From Chloroflexia bacterium (GTDB lineage: Bacteria > Chloroflexota > Chloroflexia > Thermomicrobiales > CFX8): a DNA stretch of 64,000 nt. This document shows, one piece after another, positions 37,173 through 45,226 of the stretch. The stretch is from NCBI GenBank assembly GCA_030431755.1, contig JAUIIK010000006.1, forward strand, positions 4,061 to 68,060, given 5' to 3'. Within the stretch, counting starts at the first letter, position 1. Each line of letters opens with the position of its first letter. Under the pieces are notes generated by a model, which saw nothing but the letters and a program-made list of their open reading frames with translations, had not been told where the DNA came from and ran no database searches. The translations under genes were made by a program, and so were the position numbers.

Positions 37173-37220
37173 CTGTCCCGGCACTCTGGAATGCCGGGAC
37201 AGCTATGTTTGTGCTTCTTG
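37173..37220 (+). terminator. Intrinsic (probably bidirectional) terminator
   Basis: Perfect 11-bp stem ctgtcccggca / tgccgggacag with loop ctctggaa, followed by ctatgtttgtgcttcttgt. Lies between the amidase stop and the stop of the minus-strand small ORF. Confidence 0.75.
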
Positions 37221-37227
37221 TCGCCGA

Positions 37228-37392
37228 TTAGATCATTCGGCGTAGCTCGTTGCGGTGCGCCATCTGCCGGACCACCGCGAGCTGGCGCTCGGCTTCCTGG
37301 CTGCCGTCGAGCCAGACGGCCCGTGTGCGGCGGCCTTCGCTGAACTGCCACTTCATCAACAGGTCTGCCCGGCGCTGCAAGATCTTCTTCAT
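37228..37392 (-). CDS. Small hypothetical protein, 54 aa (not in the supplied ORF track)
   Basis: MKKILQRRADLLMKWQFSEGRRTRAVWLDGSQEAERQLAVVRQMAHRNELRRMI. The ATG lies 7 nt after GAGGAG. 48 of 54 codons end in G/C. The terminator hairpin lies immediately downstream. Confidence 0.45.
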   Translation of the reverse strand: MKKILQRRADLLMKWQFSEGRRTRAVWLDGSQEAERQLAVVRQMAHRNELRRMI

Positions 37393-37504
37393 CGGTGTGC
37401 TCCTCTGCTTCCGCCACTCGGCGACTGATCACCATGAACACAGCGTAGGCAGTTGGGCTCGAACTGGTTGACAAGTGGAATACAGGCGCGGAGTCAACTG
37501 GAAA

Positions 37505-37905
37505 CAGCGGGTGCTGGAGATGAACTCCACCCGCTATGCATCAAGTCAAGCCGTGCACTTGCGCGGTTCCCGGATTCGGTTGGCGCACAGCGCCATGCCG
37601 CAGACGCCAGAGCAACAACATGGTCATCCCGAGGAAGGCTTTGCGCCCGAGGGATCTACGACCGACAGCGCTCCGCTCGGTGGAAGATTCTCCCGGTCGC
37701 TCTAGCGGGGTCGGTTACCGTCGTCTGCACCGGCCGGATGGCACGTTCCCAACAAGATCCCTCGGGCGCAAAGCCTTCCTCGGGATGCCAGCCTCGGAGC
37801 GTGGCGATGGTAAACGACAGTGCATGGCGGCGAGCGGCGGAGAGCCCCGGCGCAATCTTCCTGCCCGATACCCAACTTGCTGCATGAAGCAGTGTGGTCT
37901 ACCCC
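37505..37905. repeat. Nested-palindrome repeat, copy B (intact)
   Basis: Perfect 33-bp inverted repeat catcccgaggaaggctttgcgcccgagggatct (37625-37657) / agatccctcgggcgcaaagccttcctcgggatg (37755-37787) around a 97-bp core. Outer imperfect inverted ends are atgcatcaagtc / gctgcatgaag. The right end overlaps the MFS stop codon. Confidence 0.75.
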
Positions 37906-39479
37906 GCCGCAGGCTCCTCCTGCGACCCGCTGCGCTGCCGCATCCAGTAGACGGCGGCGATGGTGAGCAAGCACATGATGGCCGCCACGAGGAAGGTCTC
38001 GTGGATGACGTCGAGGGTCAGCGGAACGGCATTCTCCTCGACATACTCTTGTTGACGGAGGAAGTACTCGGCGGTTGTCTCGCCCTCCATCGGCCTCAGC
38101 GACGGCAGCTCGCTTGTGCGCATCTCCAGGCGCTCGACGGCGTAGCGGGTGACGGCGGCGAGACCGATGGTCATGCCGACCAGCCGCGCCAGCAGTACGA
38201 GCCCGGAGGCGACGCCGTAGTCCTCGATGGTCGCCGACGAGATCGCCGACTCAGCAATGGGCGCGATGACGATGCCGAGGCCGACGCCGGCCAGCGCCAT
38301 CGTCGAGCACATCCAGACCATCTGCAAGTCGTCGGGCCAGTAGCTCATGATGCCGAAGCCGGCCGCGGCGACGATGAGCCCGATGGCCGAGATCAGGCGC
38401 GGCCCTGATTTGGTCGTCAGGCGGCCGCCGGCCAGCGCGCCAACGGTCATCATCAGCGTGAAGCTGCCCAGCAGCACGGCGCTGAGGAGCGGTTGATCAT
38501 CCTCGTCAGCAAGTAGCGCGACAACCAGCGGGGCGTTGACCATGGCAGTAATCAGCGCGCCGCCCACCAGGAAATTGGCGATGCTGGAGAACTGGAAGAT
38601 GCGCGAGCGGATCAGATGTCGCGGCAATAGTGGCGAGCGGCTGCGCGCCTCGCTGACAATGAAGCCGACCAGGGCAACGACGCCGAGCGCCAAGACGGGC
38701 CACCGATACGCCGCCAGTGGGTTCTCTGAACCGCCCAGCGCGCGGGTACCCTGTTCGGCGCTCAACCCCGCCTCGCCGCCGGACGAAAGCGCCAGGCTGA
38801 TCGCGGTCAGGGCGACGGCCGCCAAAGACGCGCTCACGAGGTTCGGCAGCCCGGACCTGGCGGGTCCGGGAAGCCCGCGGCGCGCAAAGAGCAGCCAGCC
38901 GGCGACGAGCGCGCAGAGCGGCAGGTTGAGCCAGAAGACGGCGCGCCAGGAATCGAAGATGGCGTTGATGCCAGCGCCCCAGACGGGGCCGAGGACCCAG
39001 CCGAATGTGTCGACGGCGGCGACGAGTCCCAGTGCTTCCGCGCGGCTGCGGCGCGGCGTCACATCGGCGACGAGTGCCATCGAGACCGGCAGCATCGCCC
39101 CGCCGCCGAGCCCCTGCAACACTCGTCCAGCGACCATCTCGGTCAAGTTCCCGGAGACGGCGGTCAGCGCCGACCCGGCGGCAAAGAGCGCCGTAGCGAA
39201 GAGAAACACGGGAACGCGGCCGAGGTAGTCGGAGACGCGGCCGGTCAGTGGCACCGTCACGGTATAGGCGACGAGGTAGGAGAGCACGATCCACGAATAG
39301 CGGTCGGCGTCGACTGTGTTGATGCCGAGGTCGCTGATGACCTGTGGCAGGATCGGCGCGACGACGGTTAGATCCAGCGCCGCGACGAAGACGACCGCGA
39401 GCACCGGAATCAGCAGCGCATAGCGCCGCCTGTCTGGGACCGCTTGTTCGCCGTTGATACTAGACGTCCGGTGCTTCAA
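37899..39479 (-). CDS. MFS transporter, DHA2 (14-TMS, EmrB/P55-like)
   Basis: 526 aa. LDLTVVAPILP, the GRVSDYLGR motif, and about 14 hydrophobic segments. Confidence 0.9.
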   Translation of the reverse strand: MKHRTSSINGEQAVPDRRRYALLIPVLAVVFVAALDLTVVAPILPQVISDLGINTVDADRYSWIVLSYLVAYTVTVPLTGRVSDYLGRVPVFLFATALFAAGSALTAVSGNLTEMVAGRVLQGLGGGAMLPVSMALVADVTPRRSRAEALGLVAAVDTFGWVLGPVWGAGINAIFDSWRAVFWLNLPLCALVAGWLLFARRGLPGPARSGLPNLVSASLAAVALTAISLALSSGGEAGLSAEQGTRALGGSENPLAAYRWPVLALGVVALVGFIVSEARSRSPLLPRHLIRSRIFQFSSIANFLVGGALITAMVNAPLVVALLADEDDQPLLSAVLLGSFTLMMTVGALAGGRLTTKSGPRLISAIGLIVAAAGFGIMSYWPDDLQMVWMCSTMALAGVGLGIVIAPIAESAISSATIEDYGVASGLVLLARLVGMTIGLAAVTRYAVERLEMRTSELPSLRPMEGETTAEYFLRQQEYVEENAVPLTLDVIHETFLVAAIMCLLTIAAVYWMRQRSGSQEEPAAG

Positions 39480-40188
39480 TCGTTACCAGCGCATTGTGAT
39501 CCGAGAGCGTGATGATCCAGGCTGTCCCGTCGTCCGGCTCCGCCAGGTTGATACGGATGACGTCAAGCGTCTCGGCATTGAACCAGATATCGACGCCAAT
39601 TTCGTCGCCGGTGATTGCTCCGGCGGTCATGCCGTCGATGAGCTCCTGGTCGACCGTCCCACGCATGTGCACGGTCTCGACGCCGGCAGTCTGCTCGCGG
39701 CCGACGACCTCGGGATCGGCGAGGGCTTCAAGCACAGGGCCAAGCCCATCGTCCTGGCTGAGGAGCAAAGCCGGGTTGTAGGTGAAGTCATCGGGCGCGG
39801 GGCCCCAGTTACCGGTCAGGAAGTCCGTCATGTAGGCGTCGTCACCGATGAAGATCAGTGACACGTCGAGTGTGACGAGGCTGATCGCGACGGATGCCAG
39901 GGCTTCGACCGACTGTGGCCGGGAGAGATCGCCCTCAGCGCCGGCGAGCTCGATCGACTCGGCGTCGTCGAGGTAGGTTGCGCCGTCGATTTCGAGGACG
40001 AAGTGGGCAGTTTCCGTCTCGTCCCAGCGCGCGACGGCCCGGTCGATGATCTCTTCCGGAGCCTGGTCTTCGATGGCTGCTGTGGTCGGTGTTGCGGTGA
40101 CGTCTGGTTCGTCGTCGTCGGACATGCAACCGACCAGTAGGGGCGTGACGAGCGCGCACATAGACAAGAGTGCTAACAATCTACTCAA
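39460..40188 (-). CDS. LppX/LprAFG-family lipoprotein (LprG-like)
   Basis: TTG 40188 lies 7 nt after GGAG and gives MSRLLALLSMCALVTPLLVGC (lipobox). The body follows the LprG-like pattern. Overlaps the downstream MFS gene by 20 nt. Confidence 0.65.
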   Translation of the reverse strand: MSRLLALLSMCALVTPLLVGCMSDDDEPDVTATPTTAAIEDQAPEEIIDRAVARWDETETAHFVLEIDGATYLDDAESIELAGAEGDLSRPQSVEALASVAISLVTLDVSLIFIGDDAYMTDFLTGNWGPAPDDFTYNPALLLSQDDGLGPVLEALADPEVVGREQTAGVETVHMRGTVDQELIDGMTAGAITGDEIGVDIWFNAETLDVIRINLAEPDDGTAWIITLSDHNALVTIEAPDV

Positions 40189-40404
40189 GGGGGTACTCCG
40201 CAGTTTCGTGAATGACGAATGACGGGCCCGAACCGGGCCCGCGTCGATGCGCCATGACCTCTCGAATCGTAACAAGTCGCGCCACGCCGCATCTGCAACG
40301 GACCAGCCCGGCGGCGGGTATCGTAGAATTCCCCGAGTGTGGATGATCCGGAATTCAGGAAACAGGTTGCCAGCCAGGCAGCCGTGGAAGTGTAGGGCGC
40401 AAGG

Positions 40405-41280
40405 GTGGAAGAGAGCCGTCTGGTCGTAGGGGCCCAGACTGAAGCGGGCAACGTGCGCGAACGGAACGAAGACCTCGTGCATTTCGGTCCGCTCGAGGAT
40501 CCCGATGGAGACACCTTTGTGCTGGCAGTTGCCGACGGCATGGGCGGCTACGACCGCGGCGATGTCGCCTCGCGAATTGCTATCGACGCGCTGCTCGACC
40601 GATTGGGAACGCTCGATACCGAGGACTCGGCGCTGATTCTCAAACAGGCTTACCGTCGCGCGAACGAGGAGATCTACGAGGGCGGCGTATCCCAGGGCGA
40701 AGAGAACATGATGGGGACGACGCTGGTTGCCGGGCTGCTGCGCGGCAAGGAGCTAAGTCTGGCCAATGTTGGCGACTCGCGCGCCTACCTGCTGCGCGCC
40801 GGTGGTCTCACCCAGGTAACGCAGGACCACTCGCTGATTGCCGAGCAGGTCCGCATGGGCGTGCTTACCCCGGAAGAAGCCAGGTCGAGCCAGCACCGCA
40901 ACATCATCACCCGCGCGCTTGGCCACCGGGAACGTGTCGATGTCGATGTTTTCGAGCTCACCTTGCTGCCTGAGGATCGGATACTGATTTCTACCGACGG
41001 CGTGCATGATTTTCTCAGCGAGGACGAGATCCGCGATGTGCTGATCGAGCTGCCGCCGGACGAAGCGCCGGCGAGTCTGATCGAACGGGCACTCTCGAAC
41101 GGCTCGACCGACAACTTGACCGCGCTCTGTGCTTGGATGGCGCCGCTCAGCGTGCTCGAAGCTCCGGAGCTGCCGCTCGATGATGCCGAGCCCGCCTCGT
41201 CATTGCTTGTTCCGGTCCTTGCCGGCGTCGCGCTCGTGGTCGTCGTGCTGATCGTCATCGTCCTGCTGCTCTTCGCCTAG
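40405..41280 (+). CDS. PP2C-family Ser/Thr protein phosphatase with C-terminal membrane anchor
   Basis: GNVRERNED...LAVADGMGG...TDGV...DN. C-terminal hydrophobic tail LLVPVLAGVALVVVVLIVIVLLLF. Confidence 0.9.
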   Translation: MEESRLVVGAQTEAGNVRERNEDLVHFGPLEDPDGDTFVLAVADGMGGYDRGDVASRIAIDALLDRLGTLDTEDSALILKQAYRRANEEIYEGGVSQGEENMMGTTLVAGLLRGKELSLANVGDSRAYLLRAGGLTQVTQDHSLIAEQVRMGVLTPEEARSSQHRNIITRALGHRERVDVDVFELTLLPEDRILISTDGVHDFLSEDEIRDVLIELPPDEAPASLIERALSNGSTDNLTALCAWMAPLSVLEAPELPLDDAEPASSLLVPVLAGVALVVVVLIVIVLLLFA

Positions 41281-41287
41281 CCGGACC

Positions 41288-42145
41288 GTGGCACAGGTCA
41301 TCGACGGCCATACACACGCCTTTCCACCCGATATTGTCGAGAACCGTGAAGCCTATTGCCGCCGGGACGATTGGTTCCGCCTGCTCTACGGCGACCCCAG
41401 AGCGAAACTCACCGGCGCAGCCGAGCTGCTTGAGAGCATGGACTGCGTTGGGGTCGACCGGTCGATCATCGCTGGCTTCCCGTGGGCCGATGCCGGCCTC
41501 TGCCGGGAACACAACGCCTGGATGGCCGAAGTGTGCCGGGAGCATCCGCGCCGGCTGGCATTTCTCGCGATCGCGCCTCCGACCGCTACCGGTGCAGCAC
41601 ATGATCTCGGCGACGCATTTCGGCAAGGCGCGGTCGGCGCTGGCGAGCTCAACGCCGACGCGCAACGCTTCAGCCTCGAAGATCCGGCCGACACAGCGGA
41701 GATCGTCGAGGTTTGTGCGGAGTTCGCGAAGCCGATCATGTTCCATGCGAGCGAACCGGTCGGTCATCTTTATCCCGGCAAGGGCACGGCGACGCCGGAG
41801 AAGCTCGCCGCCTGGCTGGCGGCCTACCCGGAGCAACCGGTAGTCCTCGCGCATTGGGGCGGCGGACTTCCCTTCTACGAGCTGAACAAGGCGGTCCGCG
41901 AGCTAACCGCCAATGTCGTTTACGACTGCGCTGCTACCACCTATCTCTACGACTTCGCGGTGTTTCGGTCCGTGATCGACGTTGTCGGGCTAAAGCGCGT
42001 CATATTCGGAAGCGACTTCCCAGTGCTCGGGCAAGAGCGATTGTTGCGGCGCGTGCGCGCGGCGGTCGATGCGGAACATCAAGATGACCTGCTGCACGGC
42101 AACGCAGAGCGCGTGTTCAAGCTGACGAAGATGGAGGCGGCATGA
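41288..42145 (+). CDS. Amidohydrolase-2 (TIM-barrel metal-dependent hydrolase) family protein
   Basis: VIDGHTHAFPP...HWGGGLPF...FGSDFP. GTG start. Confidence 0.8.
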   Translation: MAQVIDGHTHAFPPDIVENREAYCRRDDWFRLLYGDPRAKLTGAAELLESMDCVGVDRSIIAGFPWADAGLCREHNAWMAEVCREHPRRLAFLAIAPPTATGAAHDLGDAFRQGAVGAGELNADAQRFSLEDPADTAEIVEVCAEFAKPIMFHASEPVGHLYPGKGTATPEKLAAWLAAYPEQPVVLAHWGGGLPFYELNKAVRELTANVVYDCAATTYLYDFAVFRSVIDVVGLKRVIFGSDFPVLGQERLLRRVRAAVDAEHQDDLLHGNAERVFKLTKMEAA

Positions 42146-42729
42146 TTGCGGGACTGCGCGGAACGCTCGAACGCGTCGAGGAGGACGCAGCCATCGTTAA
42201 CCTGCACGGCTTCATGGTCCGCGTGCTTGCGCCAGGCAGCACACTGTCGGGGCTGCCGCCGGCCGGGTCGGACATAGAGCTCGTCACGCATCTTGTCGTG
42301 CGAGAGGACGCGCTGACGCTCTACGGCTTCTCGAGCGCTGCCGAGCTACAGCTCTTCGAGCTGCTGATTACGGTCAATGGCGTTGGGCCGCGGGTTGCGA
42401 TGAACCTGCTCTCCTTCTCCGATCCGGCTGGGCTCTATCAGGCAATTGCCGACGAGGACACCGGCCTGCTGTCGCGCGCGCCGGGCATCGGCAAGGTCAC
42501 GGCGGGCCGGATCATCCTGGATCTGAAACGCAAGCTGCCTGATGACTTCGCCCCGGCGCTCGGGGGTCAACCCGACGACCGGGACCGCGAGGCGGTGGTT
42601 GCTCTGGAGAGTCTCGGCTACACCAGCGGCGAGGCCCGCTCGGCGCTCGGATCGGTCGAAAACCGGTCAAACCTGACCGTTGAGGAGCGTGTCGTCGCCG
42701 CGCTGCGGATGATGGACGACAACGTCTGA
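42142..42729 (+). CDS. ruvA: Holliday junction branch-migration complex subunit RuvA
   Basis: MIAGLRGTL...LYGF....E..LFELLITVNGVGPRVAMNLLS...LLSRAPGIGKVTAGRIILDLK. ATGA overlap with the upstream gene. Confidence 0.95.
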   Translation: MIAGLRGTLERVEEDAAIVNLHGFMVRVLAPGSTLSGLPPAGSDIELVTHLVVREDALTLYGFSSAAELQLFELLITVNGVGPRVAMNLLSFSDPAGLYQAIADEDTGLLSRAPGIGKVTAGRIILDLKRKLPDDFAPALGGQPDDRDREAVVALESLGYTSGEARSALGSVENRSNLTVEERVVAALRMMDDNV

Positions 42730-42737
42730 CCGCCATT

Positions 42738-44318
42738 TCAGCGGGGTGAATTGGCAGCTTCAAGCGCCGCAAGCACAGTTTCAACTTGGACGGCAATTGA
42801 TTGACTCGCGTCGATCTGCACCGCGCTGCGTAGTTCGCCTCTGTCGAGCCTGTCTGTGGCCTCGCGTTGCGCCAGGTAGATCTCCCAGCGGCCATCCGAG
42901 ACACGGCCGGCGTCGCCCGCTCGTGCCGCTAGCCGCGCGCGGGTTAGCTCATCCGACGCTTGACAGTGGACGATCGTGAAACTCGCCCCATACTCTGTCG
43001 CCAGCGCCCGGGCCGCCGTGCGGTCGGCGCGGCTGAGATAGGTTGCGTCGAGGACTACCGTCTGTCCACGCGCCAACGCCTCGCGCGCGGATTCTCGTAG
43101 CGCTTCGTACACGCGGGCGGTCATTGCCTCGCTGTAGATGCCAGTCTCGTAGTCAACTTCATGCCGTTCCGTCACGTCTATTCCCGCCAGCCGTTTTCTC
43201 GTCGAGTCCGAGTCGTAGAGAGCCGCCGGAAGTGTCTCGGCGAGCGCGGCCGCCAGGGTTGACTTGCCGGAGCCGGTGAGGCCGGACATGATGAGCAGGC
43301 GCGGCTTGCGGTCGGCTGTCGTGTAGCGCCGGGCAAGGTGAAAGTAGCGCCGCGCCTCGCGGGTTGCTTCCACTCCTCCATCCGGCAGCCGAAACGACGC
43401 GACCTTGCCGCGCACATAGGCCCGGTAGCAGCGATAGAAATCGAGCACCGGCGCGACGTCGTAGCCTGAGCTCTGCTCATAGGTCGCAATCAGCCGGTCG
43501 CTCAGGTCCGGGCGGTTGAGCGCGTCGATATCCATTGCCAGAAAGCCGATGTCCGCCGCGACATCGCCGCAGCGCAACCGTTCGCTGAACTCGATACAGT
43601 CGATGATCGTCACCTGGTCGAGCAGATAGACGTGCTCCGCCCGGATGTCGCCGTGCCCCTCGACGGTCAGCCCGTCATCAACGCGCTGCCTGAACAGGTT
43701 GCCGTGCGGGTCCAGGAAGGCCCGCGCGTAGTCCTTGATAGCCGCGTAGGTACGGTCTGGGATCGTCTGGTCGATGTAGGTCTCGGTCTGCTCGAAATTC
43801 TCGTCGATGTTGCGGCGTATTGCGTCCGGCATACCCCATTGGCTGATGCTGGCCCCGCGCCGGGCATTTCGATGGAACGCGCCGATGGTCCTGGCAATGG
43901 CGTCAATATCGTCGCCAGCGGCCGTGTTGTCGACAATGCGGGCCAACAGCGTCGCCTTGGCCGGGAGCCGCCGCATGTGAACGAGGTAGTCGACGACCTC
44001 ACCCTCGCCGCCGAGCCACAGCTGGCCTGCCCGCGCGACGACCGGGATGACGCCGCGATAGACATCAGGCGCGAGCCGGCGGTTGAGCTCGACCTCGAGC
44101 TCGCACATGCGCTTGCGGTTGGCGCGCGTCGAGTAGTCAAGAAAGCCGAAGTCGACGGGTTTCTTGAGCTTGTAGACATCATCGCCCGCAAGAAACGCCA
44201 CCGAGCCGTGCGTTTCGATGGCGTCTACCGAGTCGGGAGCGCCGGGATAGCTCGATGGCGAGCGCAGAAATGCAAGGACATCGTCGAACGACGCGGCGGT
44301 GGTCGGTGTGTCTGACAT
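42738..44318 (-). CDS. Bifunctional kinase-like (APH-type) / P-loop ATP-binding protein
   Basis: The N-terminal half is protein-kinase/aminoglycoside-phosphotransferase-like (YKLKKPV.FGFLDYST). The C-terminal half has a Walker A motif, MSGLTGSGKSTLA. Confidence 0.8.
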   Translation of the reverse strand: MSDTPTTAASFDDVLAFLRSPSSYPGAPDSVDAIETHGSVAFLAGDDVYKLKKPVDFGFLDYSTRANRKRMCELEVELNRRLAPDVYRGVIPVVARAGQLWLGGEGEVVDYLVHMRRLPAKATLLARIVDNTAAGDDIDAIARTIGAFHRNARRGASISQWGMPDAIRRNIDENFEQTETYIDQTIPDRTYAAIKDYARAFLDPHGNLFRQRVDDGLTVEGHGDIRAEHVYLLDQVTIIDCIEFSERLRCGDVAADIGFLAMDIDALNRPDLSDRLIATYEQSSGYDVAPVLDFYRCYRAYVRGKVASFRLPDGGVEATREARRYFHLARRYTTADRKPRLLIMSGLTGSGKSTLAAALAETLPAALYDSDSTRKRLAGIDVTERHEVDYETGIYSEAMTARVYEALRESAREALARGQTVVLDATYLSRADRTAARALATEYGASFTIVHCQASDELTRARLAARAGDAGRVSDGRWEIYLAQREATDRLDRGELRSAVQIDASQSIAVQVETVLAALEAANSPR

Positions 44319-44448
44319 CTGATCAACTGGTCTCTTTCAGTCAGCGCAGTGCTGCCGGGCTCTCGGCATTGGCACAAGCGCACCACACGCGACCGTAGAG
44401 CAGCAACGGCAGTCCCGTATCGCGGGCCAAACAGCCGGCACCCGGAAA

Positions 44449-44477
44449 TTGCGTCACCCTATGATCCGCGATATTCT
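44449..44477 (+). promoter_or_regulatory. Candidate sigma-70-type promoter of the two-component operon
   Basis: TTGCGT (44449-44454), a 17-nt spacer, then TATTCT (44472-44477). Confidence 0.4.
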
Positions 44478-44515
44478 CGGATGCGGTGGATCTCTCTGGA
44501 GAGGTGGGGCGGCTC

Positions 44516-45217
44516 GTGAGTGGCTCTCAACGGCATCTAGTACTCGCTGTGGACGATGACGCGCCGATCCTACGGCTTGTCCGTGCCCGCCTGGCGAGCG
44601 ATGGCTACGCCGTCATTACGGCGTCGGGCGGCCTTGAGGCGCTAGAGCTGCTTGAGGAGGAGCGTCCCGATATCGTGATCCTGGATGTGATGATGCCGGA
44701 TATCGACGGGATCGAGACGATGCGCCGCATCCGGGAGGTCTCGGACACGCCGATCATCCTGCTGACGGCCCGTTCCGGCGCGTCGGACATGATCTACGGG
44801 CTCGACTCCGGCGCAGATGATTACGTCACCAAACCGTTCAATCCGGATGAGCTGTCGGCGCGCGTCGCGGCCGTGTTGCGGCGCGCGGTACATGAAACGC
44901 CGCCGGAGGAGACGCGGCTGGCCTACGGCGGGCTGGTCATTGATCTCGATAGCCGCGTTGTTGAGCTAGACGGAGACGAGGTGCGTTTGAGCCGCACCGA
45001 GTGGGAGCTGCTCTACCAGCTCGCGAGCAATGCCGGGCGTGTCATGCGGCACAGCGAGCTGCTTTCGCGCATCTGGGGCGCGGAGTTCCGCGACGAGACC
45101 TACTACCTGCGCACATGGATCAGCCGGCTGCGGGCGAAGCTGGAGCCGGATCATCCTGACGAGTCGATAATCCAGACCTATCCTGGCATGGGCTACCGGC
45201 TCATCGCGCCTGAGTAG
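44516..45217 (+). CDS. OmpR-family response regulator
   Basis: Receiver domain (LVLAVDDD...DIVILDVMMPDIDG...TARS...KPF) plus a winged-helix domain (LS.TEWELL...GYRL). GTG 44516 follows GGAGAGG; the track start is GTG 44486. Confidence 0.9.
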   Translation: MSGSQRHLVLAVDDDAPILRLVRARLASDGYAVITASGGLEALELLEEERPDIVILDVMMPDIDGIETMRRIREVSDTPIILLTARSGASDMIYGLDSGADDYVTKPFNPDELSARVAAVLRRAVHETPPEETRLAYGGLVIDLDSRVVELDGDEVRLSRTEWELLYQLASNAGRVMRHSELLSRIWGAEFRDETYYLRTWISRLRAKLEPDHPDESIIQTYPGMGYRLIAPE

Positions 45218-45226
45218 GCGTCGGCG

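Noticed and set aside
37536-38408. 290-aa plus-strand ORF spanning repeat copy B and running antisense into the MFS gene
   Set aside because: It is generated by the repeat sequence itself (VIPRKALRPRDL-type peptide from gtcatcccgaggaaggctttgcgcccgagggatct) and is antisense to a clear MFS transporter. The analogous ORFs 17156..17503 and 17247..17465 in copy A are not conserved in frame.
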